Part shown: positions 55,922 to 64,000 of the stretch, piece after piece
Numbering within the stretch: position 1 is the stretch's first letter
Layout of the letters: each line of letters begins with the position of its first letter
NCBI GenBank assembly: GCA_016287865.1
Contig: JAEEXP010000003.1
Coordinates: forward strand, 701-64,700
DNA from: Bacillales bacterium
Lineage (GTDB): Bacteria > Bacillota_I > Bacilli_A > Izemoplasmatales > UBA1188
Reading direction: 5' to 3'
Length of the DNA stretch: 64,000 bases
Made by a program: the position numbers and the translations under genes
The notes under the pieces: model-generated
Database searches by the model: none
Told to the model about the DNA's origin: nothing
What the model saw: only the letters and a program-made list of their open reading frames with translations

Positions 55922-57130
55922 ATGAAAGCAAAAAAGAAAGTATTAAAGAAACACAACTTCGTGTTTAAAATTGTGAAAGCCGTATCTTTCCTATTCACAC
56001 GTATTAATTTGGGTTTTAGATCAAAGGATAAATATAAAATAAAGAAGGGTGAAAGAGTAATGGTTTTATCTAACCATCAGACAGACTTTGACCCGTTTTG
56101 TGTTATCTCATCATTTAATAAACCATTATACGCTGTCGCAACTGACCATATCTTTAGTGGTAAATATGGAAAAGTTCTTCATGATACACTTGGCGCAATC
56201 CCTAAGAAAAAAGGTATTACTGATTTAAGATGTGTAATGGAAATGATGAGCGTTATGAAAGAAGGAGGGTCTATTTTACTTTTCCCAGAAGGTAATAGAA
56301 CTTACGCTGAATTCCAATTCTATATTGGGTTAAGCCTCGTTCAAATGATTAAGAAGTTTCAATGCACAGTAATTCTTTATAACCTTCATGGTGGAACCGG
56401 AATAAGACCTAGATTCTCTCACAAGAAAACTAAAGGATATTTCACTGGAAACATTAAGAGAATTATGTATCCAGAAGAATACAATAAGTTAAGTGATGAA
56501 GAATTCTTAAATATTGTTAAAGATAATCTTAAAGTATTTGATAGTGAAAATGGTCATGAATATAAGAGTAAGATTAGAGCGGAATACTTAGAGAGAATGT
56601 TATTTGTTTGCCCTAAGTGTGGAAAGTTTAACACTCTATATTCAAAAGGTGAACACCTATTCTGTAATGAATGTGGTCTAACTGTTAAATATAATAGTCA
56701 TCTTCATTTAGAATCAGATGACCCATCATTTAAGTTTGAAAGACTTCTTGATTGGTGGAACTATGATAAGAAGTGGATTAGAGACTATAAAGTAGAAGAA
56801 GACAAGGTAATCTTTGAAGATAATGAAATGGAATTAATTACTGTTAATCCATTTGAAGATAAGAAATTATTAAAAGAAGGTAAATTATCTCTTACTGATA
56901 AATATTTAATATTTGAAGATATTAAATTTGAATTATCTAAACTTGAAATCGCATCTGTAGTTAGTGGTTCAAGATTAATATTTAAAGTGGGTGATACATC
57001 TTATATGGTTAAGGGTGATGAAAGAAAATCAAGATTTAACCCACTTAAATATGTGCTTATGTTTAACAAACTAGACACAGATATGAAGATTAATAAGAGA
57101 GATAATTATTATACATTGGAGGACAACTAA
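55922..57130 (+). CDS. Lysophospholipid (PlsC-like) acyltransferase with zinc-ribbon and C-terminal extension
   Basis: 402 aa. HX4D box (SNHQTDFDP), FPEGNRT, then CPKCG...x...CNECG and a C-terminal domain of about 120 aa. Confidence 0.8.
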   Translation: MKAKKKVLKKHNFVFKIVKAVSFLFTRINLGFRSKDKYKIKKGERVMVLSNHQTDFDPFCVISSFNKPLYAVATDHIFSGKYGKVLHDTLGAIPKKKGITDLRCVMEMMSVMKEGGSILLFPEGNRTYAEFQFYIGLSLVQMIKKFQCTVILYNLHGGTGIRPRFSHKKTKGYFTGNIKRIMYPEEYNKLSDEEFLNIVKDNLKVFDSENGHEYKSKIRAEYLERMLFVCPKCGKFNTLYSKGEHLFCNECGLTVKYNSHLHLESDDPSFKFERLLDWWNYDKKWIRDYKVEEDKVIFEDNEMELITVNPFEDKKLLKEGKLSLTDKYLIFEDIKFELSKLEIASVVSGSRLIFKVGDTSYMVKGDERKSRFNPLKYVLMFNKLDTDMKINKRDNYYTLEDN

Positions 57131-57131
57131 T

Positions 57132-58586
57132 ATGTTTTTAGCTGAGGGAGCTTGGAGTTTTGATTTAACTCAATTTGACTCCGTATGGAAATTCGCACTT
57201 GAAGTAGTACTATTACTTATATTTTTACTTATTGGAAACTTAATTAGAAGAGTAGTGCCATTCTTAAGAAAGGCATTTATACCTAGTGCCTTACTTGGTG
57301 GATTATTACTTCTTGGAGTAAGTATCTTCTTTGATAAAGTATTAAATTTCCCATTATTTGACGCAAGACATATGCAAATAATTACTTATCACTCTTTAGC
57401 TATTGGATTTATTGCTATGAGTCTTAAGGCAGTAGATAAATCTAAGAAACAAAAGATTGGAATGATGGCTACTCAAAATGGTATGATCACAGGTGGAACT
57501 TATATGCTTCAAGCTGTGCTTGGTCTTGGTGTATCGCTAATATTCTTTGCGCTTGGCGCTGAAAAGTTTTATGGTGCTGGTGTAATCCTACCTTTAGGTT
57601 TTGGACAAGGTCCTGGAAATGCACTTACTTGGGATATTAACTTTACTAATATGCTTAATGCTGAAGGTGCACAAATCTTCTTTGGTGAAGGATCATTTGG
57701 ACTCACTATCGCATCAGTTGGTTTCATTGTCGCATCAGTTGTCGGTGTTACTTATATTGAAATCTTTAAAAAGAAAGGACAAATTAAACCTAAAACTGAA
57801 AATCTTGAAAGAAAGGTTAGTGACTTTGAAGATGAAGGCGAAATTGAAGATAGTGAATCAGTGGATAAAACATCTATTCAAATCGCATTAGTAGCGCTCT
57901 GTTACGTCCTCGCATTTGGAATTATGTTCCTTCTTGCTAAAGTATCTGAATGGACTGGTATCGCAGTATTTAATTCAATTGCTTGGGGATTCAATTTCAT
58001 CTTTGGTGTACTCACAGCTACACTTGTTAAAGCTTTAATTAATTTCTTTAGAAAGAAAAATATTATTAAGAAACAATATATTAATAACTATCAAATGGAT
58101 AGAATCTCAGGCTTTGCCTTTGATTTAATGATTATTGCGGGTGTTGCCGCAATTGATATCGCAATTGTTAGAGATTATGCATGGCTCATTGTTGCTCTAT
58201 GTGCTGTTGGTACTATCGCAACACTAGTTTATGTAAGACTTATGACTAAACTTTGTTTCAAAGACTTCTCTCATGAAGCATTCCTAGTTAACTTTGGTAC
58301 ACTCACAGGTACCGCATCTAATGGTATGATTTTACTAAGAGAAGTAGATCCTAACTTTGAAACTCCAACCGCAGATATCTATATTCTTTCACAATTCACT
58401 GCGACTTTATGTGTTGCACCACTCCTATTCCTCTTAAATATGTGTGGTAAATCACTCACTGGTTGCTTCATTGCTCTTGGAATATTCTTAGTACTATTTG
58501 GTGTATATACTACATTCCTAGTATTAACTTCAAAAGGTATTATATTTAAGGGTAAAAAGAAAGAAACTGTTGAAGAGACTAAATAA
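57132..58586 (+). CDS. Sodium/glutamate symporter family (GltS-like) transporter
   Basis: 484 aa. The N-terminal pattern ...LLLIFLLIGNLIRR.VPFLRKAFIPSALLGGLLLL resembles GltS. It has an acidic central loop. It starts 2 nt after the upstream stop. Confidence 0.65.
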   Translation: MFLAEGAWSFDLTQFDSVWKFALEVVLLLIFLLIGNLIRRVVPFLRKAFIPSALLGGLLLLGVSIFFDKVLNFPLFDARHMQIITYHSLAIGFIAMSLKAVDKSKKQKIGMMATQNGMITGGTYMLQAVLGLGVSLIFFALGAEKFYGAGVILPLGFGQGPGNALTWDINFTNMLNAEGAQIFFGEGSFGLTIASVGFIVASVVGVTYIEIFKKKGQIKPKTENLERKVSDFEDEGEIEDSESVDKTSIQIALVALCYVLAFGIMFLLAKVSEWTGIAVFNSIAWGFNFIFGVLTATLVKALINFFRKKNIIKKQYINNYQMDRISGFAFDLMIIAGVAAIDIAIVRDYAWLIVALCAVGTIATLVYVRLMTKLCFKDFSHEAFLVNFGTLTGTASNGMILLREVDPNFETPTADIYILSQFTATLCVAPLLFLLNMCGKSLTGCFIALGIFLVLFGVYTTFLVLTSKGIIFKGKKKETVEETK

Positions 58587-58606
58587 TTCACAAATTTTAT
58601 ACAACT

Positions 58607-58648
58607 AAGCTCCAAGTTATAAGAAATTTGGAGCTTTATTTTATTTTT
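58607..58648 (+). terminator. Terminator
   Basis: AAGCTCCAA-12 nt-TTGGAGCTT followed by TATTTTATTTTT. Confidence 0.85.
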
Positions 58649-58697
58649 GTATTTTTGATTTGTTATAATTTTCTTAAGAAAACAAAAGGTGATTATT

Positions 58698-61334
58698 ATG
58701 AAAAAGAAACTATGCTTAATCTTATTTTTAATACTTACTATCTTTTCATCATTCTTTTTAACTTCATGTAAAAAGAAAGAAGTTGAACCCGATGAAGAAA
58801 TAGATGATATTATTGATGGATATAATCCTTGGGAAGGAATGAATAATGGTGATGTCATTCCTCAAGATAAATATGACGCTAAATATGATGTACATTACGC
58901 AGAAGTACCAGTAATGTCATATTTTGGTTCGTCTGATGGATATGAAATATTGAATGCCGTATATTCTGATGATGTATTCTTAAAAGATTCAAATGTATAT
59001 AATCACTTCCTTGGAAGAATGTCTATTGGTTTAGCTTTATCATCTTATACACTTGAATTAACCGACAAAAAGTATGTATCTAATGACTTATTTGGATTCT
59101 TGGTTAGATGTGGATTTGATGATTTTAGTACCGAACAATACTATCAAGAAACATCACAGTATACTGTCGCATCATTAATTGGTTCTAAGAAAATAGAAAA
59201 GGATGGTGAAGAATTCACCTTAATTGGTATAGGTATTAGAAGTGGTAAGTACTATAACGAATGGATGAGTAACTTTGAAGTTGAGAATGAAAACCTCCAC
59301 CAAGGTTTTAATTATGCTGCTTCACTCGTAGTTGAAAGAGTATTAAGCTATATTCTTCAATATAATATCACTGGAAAAGTTAAATGTTGGGTTGCGGGAT
59401 TTAGTAGAGGTGCCGCAATATCTAATTTAGTTGCCTCAAAATTAAATAACGTAAAGAGTATTGGAAAAGAAAATGTATACGCTTATACATTCGCAACTCC
59501 AAGAGGCGTAAGAGAAGTAGATGATCAATCTAAGTACGATAATATCTTTAATATCGTTGGCGCATCTGACCCAGTAACTCAATTCGCTCCTGCTGATTGG
59601 GGATATCAAAGATTTGGTCAAGATTTATATCTTCCAGGTTCAGAATTCAATAGTAATTTCTCTTTAGTTTATTCTCGTGTTCAAGAGTTTGTATCACAGT
59701 TTAATTTCACTACTTACTATAGTGCGGGACTAAACTTAAGAATTAGATTACTTCTTGGATACTTAACTGAATTCTCAAAGAATGCTGGAGATTATTCTGC
59801 ATATATTCAAGGCGAATTCATTAGAGTAATAGGCCAAAAATCATTAAATAATATCGTTGAAGGTTTTTCTTCAATCATAGGCAAATATAGTTACTTTGAT
59901 GGATTTAATGAAAAAGACTTAAATAATCTAGTTGATTATATTTTAGGTATCGGGCTTACACTCAATGGTAAAAAAGGATATTTAAAGGATGAAAAAGGAT
60001 CATCGACTAATTCATTTAGACTTTTAATGCATGAACATTATCCAGAACTATATTATGGAATGATGTATTATTCTAGTGAAGAAGAATTATTTAATACTAA
60101 TGATAAGTTTGCCTATGTAATGCTTGATAAGAGTGCTGAATATGAACTATATGATACAGTAAACAATAAACTTGTCTTAAGTATAAATAATAAAGGCGAA
60201 AGAATTTTAAGTGATTACGCGAAAGATAGTCACTTAGAAATTCCAGTTTTAAACTTTAAACCATATAACGTTTTAGTTCTTCCATATGATTTAAACTATG
60301 AACTTAAATATTCTGGACTTAAAAAAGATTCAGAAATAAAATATGTTGAATGTGCTAGAAACTTCACAACTAACCTTACTTTAAATTCTAAAAAGATAAA
60401 TAGTGGTGATGGAGTTGCGCTTAAAGTTAATTCTGAATCAATGGTTGATAGTACTTCATTTAATAGTGAAAGCATTAAAGCTTCAGGCTTTGCGACTATG
60501 CTTAAGATTAACAAAGCTGGACTTACTTGGAAAGTTAAATTAATCTATATCGCTATAGGTATTACACTACTTATTTCAATTATTCCAGTATTAAGCTATG
60601 GAGTATTCACACTAATTAGTAGGAAAAAGTTTAGATTATCAGTGGTATTAAACGCTATCCTTCTTGTGGGTGTTGCAGTAGAAGAAGAATTATCTTATTG
60701 GTTCTTTAGATTTAATATATTCTTATTCTTACTATGGAAAGTGCTTTTAGTTATTGGAATAGTTCTTTCAATAGTATTATTTAGGAAGCACAGAAACAAT
60801 AAACAATTCTATATTGGTATGTTACCATTCTTATTCTTTGGTTTAGCCGTGGTATTCTTAATAGATACTAATATGGAAATTGGTTTATACGCTTTAGCTT
60901 TAGCTTCAGTATCTTTATTTATCTATTTCTTTATGCTTGAAAGGCCAAACACAAGACAAATCGCAATTGGATCAGCTATTACAATTATTCTTGAAGGTAT
61001 TAATTTCTTAATTATTTATAGACTTGTTTATTCATTTGCGCAAGTAATGGCATTCGCTATCCCATTTATTTCAATGATTATGGTTATGGCATTGAATAAA
61101 GGACCACATAGAAGATTTGTCGCATATTCATTTGTCTTAACAATCGTTCTTCTTGCGGCATACTATCTTGCAGTTAAAACAGTAATGCCACACTTACTCT
61201 TTAAGATTTCTTTATTCGCATCATTAATTATCGCATCATTCGCTGACATTCATTTTAATAAAGAGGTTGAACCAGTTAAAATAGAAGAAGAGAATAAAGA
61301 GATTAAAGAAGAAGTAATAACAGAAACAGTTTAA
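58698..61334 (+). CDS. Lipoprotein with a class-3-lipase-like alpha/beta-hydrolase ectodomain fused to a C-terminal polytopic membrane domain
   Basis: 878 aa counted from the ATG at 58698. Lipobox LTSC|K, nucleophile elbow GFSRG (59397-59411). Candidate Asp lies in GASDPVTQF and candidate His in LMHEHYPELYY. About 8-9 TM helices fill the last 270 aa or so. Confidence 0.8.
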   Translation: MKKKLCLILFLILTIFSSFFLTSCKKKEVEPDEEIDDIIDGYNPWEGMNNGDVIPQDKYDAKYDVHYAEVPVMSYFGSSDGYEILNAVYSDDVFLKDSNVYNHFLGRMSIGLALSSYTLELTDKKYVSNDLFGFLVRCGFDDFSTEQYYQETSQYTVASLIGSKKIEKDGEEFTLIGIGIRSGKYYNEWMSNFEVENENLHQGFNYAASLVVERVLSYILQYNITGKVKCWVAGFSRGAAISNLVASKLNNVKSIGKENVYAYTFATPRGVREVDDQSKYDNIFNIVGASDPVTQFAPADWGYQRFGQDLYLPGSEFNSNFSLVYSRVQEFVSQFNFTTYYSAGLNLRIRLLLGYLTEFSKNAGDYSAYIQGEFIRVIGQKSLNNIVEGFSSIIGKYSYFDGFNEKDLNNLVDYILGIGLTLNGKKGYLKDEKGSSTNSFRLLMHEHYPELYYGMMYYSSEEELFNTNDKFAYVMLDKSAEYELYDTVNNKLVLSINNKGERILSDYAKDSHLEIPVLNFKPYNVLVLPYDLNYELKYSGLKKDSEIKYVECARNFTTNLTLNSKKINSGDGVALKVNSESMVDSTSFNSESIKASGFATMLKINKAGLTWKVKLIYIAIGITLLISIIPVLSYGVFTLISRKKFRLSVVLNAILLVGVAVEEELSYWFFRFNIFLFLLWKVLLVIGIVLSIVLFRKHRNNKQFYIGMLPFLFFGLAVVFLIDTNMEIGLYALALASVSLFIYFFMLERPNTRQIAIGSAITIILEGINFLIIYRLVYSFAQVMAFAIPFISMIMVMALNKGPHRRFVAYSFVLTIVLLAAYYLAVKTVMPHLLFKISLFASLIIASFADIHFNKEVEPVKIEEENKEIKEEVITETV

Positions 61335-61336
61335 TT

Positions 61337-61363
61337 AAGAGGCCTTAGCGCCTCTTTTTTTAT
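61337..61363 (+). terminator. Terminator
   Basis: AGAGGC-cttagc-GCCTCT followed by TTTTTTT. Confidence 0.9.
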
Positions 61364-61426
61364 TTAGTAGAGTTAACTAAATGAATAGTAGAGTGCATAT
61401 TTATCATACATAAATATAATTTAAGT

Positions 61427-62938
61427 ATGGAAAAGAAAGTTGTGATTATAGGCGCAGGAATATCTGGACTTAGTGCTGGAATATATGCGCTTGATAGTGG
61501 ATACGATGTAGATATTTATGAACTCCATTCAATCCCTGGAGGCGAGTGTACTGGTTGGACTCGTAAGGGTACTTTTATTGATGGTTGTGCACACTGGATA
61601 GTTGGCACAAATAAAAAGAGTAACCTTTATCCTTTGTGGATTCATACTGGAGCTTTTGATGAGGACACTAAAATATATCCAACTGAATACTTTACTAAAT
61701 ACGATATTAATGGTGAAGTTGTGACTATTTATAGCGATAGAGAAAAACTAAGAGAAGAACTATTAAGAGTCGCACCTGAAGACGAAAAAGAAATAAATAA
61801 ACTCGTTAAAGATATTGGCACATATGGACGTTGCATTATCCCAGCTCAATATCCAGTATCTTATATGGGCCCAGTTGAATTATTAAGTTTCGCCTTTAGT
61901 TATCTTCCATTTATTTTCTTATATCTCAAATGTAAGAACTTATCTATGGTTGATTTAATCAATAGATATAAATCTCCTATCTTAAGAGAATTATTCTCAA
62001 GAACTTTCACGTCTAGTTATAACGTAAATAGTTTCTACTACACCTTAAAAGCTCTATCAGAAAATGATGGCGGAGTAGTGGAAGGTGGTTCACTTAAGAT
62101 TGCGACTAATATGGCTCATAGATTTGCTGAACTTGGTGGAAATATTCATTATAAATCAGAAGTAGAAGAAATCATCGTAGAAAATAAAGTCGCAACCGGA
62201 ATAAAACTTAAAGATGGAACTATTATTAACGCTGATTACGTTATAGCGACTTCAGATATGCACCATACTCTATATAATTTATTAAAGGATAAATATACTC
62301 CAAGAAGTTATAGACTATCATTTGAAAATAGAAAGGACTATCCACTTAACTGTGAATTACTTTTAGCTTATAAAGTTAAAAAGGATGTATCTGAACTTCC
62401 TAAGATGATTAACTTTAGAGTAGATCCATTTAATATCGATTCAGAAACAATCATCACTTCAATCTCAGTTAGAAACCATGCGTTTAATAAAGAATTATAT
62501 AGCGTAGGAAATACTTTATTTACTGTAGGACTAGAAGTAACTGACAAGGCATATGATTATTTCAAATCATTAGATAAAGAAACATATAATAAGAAAAAGA
62601 ATGAAATTGGTGAAAGAGTAAAAGAAGAAATTAAGAAATATTATAATTTCACTGATGAAGACATTGAATTAATTGATGTCGCAACTCCTTTAACTTATGA
62701 AAGATATTGTCATGCGTATAAGGGTTCATATATGTCGTTTATTGCGACTAAGCAATCTAAATGGCTTATGCATAAATCAACATTAAAAGGAGTTAAGAAT
62801 CTTTATTTAGCCGGACAATGGTTAATGCCTCCTGGAGGTCTTCCTATCGCACTATTTACTGGAAAATATGCAGTATGTAGAATAATTAGGAAGGAACACG
62901 GATACATTGGATTTAGAAGAAGAATTAGAAATTCTTAA
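61427..62938 (+). CDS. CrtI/phytoene-desaturase-family FAD-dependent oxidoreductase (second copy in window)
   Basis: 503 aa. N-terminus KVVIIGAGISGLSAGIYALDSGYDVDIYELHSIPGGECT, C-terminus NLYLAGQWLMPPGGLP. Confidence 0.8.
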   Translation: MEKKVVIIGAGISGLSAGIYALDSGYDVDIYELHSIPGGECTGWTRKGTFIDGCAHWIVGTNKKSNLYPLWIHTGAFDEDTKIYPTEYFTKYDINGEVVTIYSDREKLREELLRVAPEDEKEINKLVKDIGTYGRCIIPAQYPVSYMGPVELLSFAFSYLPFIFLYLKCKNLSMVDLINRYKSPILRELFSRTFTSSYNVNSFYYTLKALSENDGGVVEGGSLKIATNMAHRFAELGGNIHYKSEVEEIIVENKVATGIKLKDGTIINADYVIATSDMHHTLYNLLKDKYTPRSYRLSFENRKDYPLNCELLLAYKVKKDVSELPKMINFRVDPFNIDSETIITSISVRNHAFNKELYSVGNTLFTVGLEVTDKAYDYFKSLDKETYNKKKNEIGERVKEEIKKYYNFTDEDIELIDVATPLTYERYCHAYKGSYMSFIATKQSKWLMHKSTLKGVKNLYLAGQWLMPPGGLPIALFTGKYAVCRIIRKEHGYIGFRRRIRNS

Positions 62939-62950
62939 ATAAATACTGAC

Positions 62951-62988
62951 ATTTTTGAAGATGTCAGTATTTTTATTTGATTATTAAC
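62951..62988 (+). terminator. Terminator
   Basis: ATACTGACAT-ttttgaag-ATGTCAGTAT followed by TTTTATTT. Confidence 0.9.
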
Positions 62989-63044
62989 TATTATAGTGAT
63001 AGAATTATGTCCGCAGGGCAATTTTTCCTGTGTAGAGGCAAATT

Positions 63045-64000
63045 ATGGGAAGTATGAATTTTATTCTTTATTTAGGAGTACTCTTACTACTTGGACTCGC
63101 ATCAACTAGAGTAGTTAAATTACTTAAACTTCCAAACGTTACTGGATATTTGGTAGTTGGACTTCTTTCTGCAATTATCTGTATTGTATTTGATAAGTTC
63201 GTCTTTAAAGATACAGAACTCGCAGAAGGATTAAATAAATTAAATAGTATTGTATCAAATGTAGCATTAGGTTTTATTGCCTTATCAATTGGTGAAGAAT
63301 TTAAACTATCTAAGATTAAAGCAAATGGCCCAAGAATGGCGGTTATCACAATAGTGCAAGCTTTAATGGCAACCCTTCTTGTAGACATTGGATTAATCCT
63401 CGCTTGTAAGTTCTTAGGACTTAATATTGGTATTGCAATTTGTCTTGGTGCAATCGCTACTGCGACTGCCCCAGCTGCAACATTAATGGTAATTCATCAA
63501 TATAAAGCTAGAGGACCGCTAGTAGATACCCTTCTTCCAGTAGTTGCGGGAGATGATGCAGTAGGTCTAGTTGTATTCTCTATTTCAATTTCTATTGCGA
63601 AGATATTTGTGAGTGGCGCAAAAGTTTCAATTGTTTCACTTCTTGTGATTCCACTAATTGAAATTGTTGGTTCACTCGCTGTTGGATTTGTATATGGTTT
63701 CTTAATGCACTTCTTAATTAAGTTCTTTAAATCAAGAAACAATCACGCAATCGTAATTATTGCGTTTACACTTCTTGGTGCTGGAACTTGTATCGCCTTA
63801 AATAGAATCACTATTGCCGGTGAATCTATGGAATTTAGTAACTTACTTTGCTGTATGATGATTGGTGCAGTATATGTAAATGTTGCGAAGACAGAAGAAC
63901 GTCCTATTATTGATAGAGATGTTGAACTTATTGATAGATGGACTCCATTCCTATTCATGTTATTCTTTGTATTAAGTGGTACACACTTAGCAACAAGTGC
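63045..64000 (+). CDS. Cation:proton antiporter (CPA2/Kef-type Na+/H+ exchanger family), 5' part, runs off window end
   Basis: Not in the ORF track because it is open-ended. My translation reads MGSMNFILYLGVLLLLGLASTRVVKLLKLPNVTGYLVVGLL...GEEFKLSKI...ATAPAATLMV. AGAGG RBS is present. The three minus-strand ORFs at 63068-63958 are its antisense shadows. Confidence 0.8.
   Translation, partial: MGSMNFILYLGVLLLLGLASTRVVKLLKLPNVTGYLVVGLLSAIICIVFDKFVFKDTELAEGLNKLNSIVSNVALGFIALSIGEEFKLSKIKANGPRMAVITIVQALMATLLVDIGLILACKFLGLNIGIAICLGAIATATAPAATLMVIHQYKARGPLVDTLLPVVAGDDAVGLVVFSISISIAKIFVSGAKVSIVSLLVIPLIEIVGSLAVGFVYGFLMHFLIKFFKSRNNHAIVIIAFTLLGAGTCIALNRITIAGESMEFSNLLCCMMIGAVYVNVAKTEERPIIDRDVELIDRWTPFLFMLFFVLSGTHLATS

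Noticed and set aside
57601-57891. A 96-aa same-strand alternative-frame ORF inside the GltS-like gene, and the short direct repeat ATCGCATCAGTTG x2 at about 57708-57745.
   Set aside because: The ORF has no RBS and a K/L-rich low-complexity product. The repeat simply encodes similar TM residues (IASVGFIVASVVG).
63068-63958. Three consecutive minus-strand ORFs (106, 81 and 71 aa) at the window end.
   Set aside because: They are antisense shadows of an open-ended plus-strand CPA2-type antiporter gene (63045 to beyond 64000), which the ORF track omits because it has no stop in the window.
1-64000. Genetic code 4 (TGA as Trp), as in Mycoplasma or Spiroplasma.
   Set aside because: TGA terminates several ORFs exactly where the next gene's RBS and start follow. 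Conserved Trp positions use TGG. No conserved protein is interrupted by TGA.

Overview
Low-GC (about one-third G+C by eye) chromosomal segment of a Bacillota/Mycoplasmatota-type bacterium using the standard genetic code. TGA is a genuine stop, for example at 2494-2496, 3559-3561 and 5735-5737, and conserved Trp codons are TGG. Housekeeping backbone: rimM(3' end)-trmD-rplS, hsp20 with a CIRCE operator, pgk-(XRE/cupin regulator)-tpiA, rpsD, thiI, pepF, rplM-rpsI, rpoB-rpoC, ispG, recN, pta, argS and tRNA-Leu(CAA). Accessory, envelope-heavy blocks are interspersed with this backbone. (1) Two tandem mosaic giant surface proteins, each with a duplicated upstream module (8338-14313). (2) A translationally coupled CrtI-like flavoenzyme plus FNR/2Fe-2S reductase pair (14354-17090). 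(3) An ABC importer with two paralogous lipoprotein binding proteins and a fused 12-TM-type permease (18190-24255). (4) A 991-aa repeat lipoprotein plus a transglutaminase-like protein (38444-43082). (5) A degenerate YugP-like pseudo-peptidase operon (49729-51533). (6) A class-3-lipase-like lipoprotein fused to a polytopic membrane domain (58698-61334). Seven ORFs carry lipoboxes. No LPXTG motif, peptidoglycan gene, transposase, integrase, CRISPR array or rRNA is visible. The lipoprotein load, the sHSP and the CrtI-like genes together suggest an Acholeplasma-like, possibly wall-less, lineage, but this is inference only. The best candidate for something undescribed is the paired surface-protein locus with its conserved leader. 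The CrtI/FNR redox pair and the lipase-membrane fusion come next. All function calls rest on motifs I recognised by reading the translations; no searches were run.
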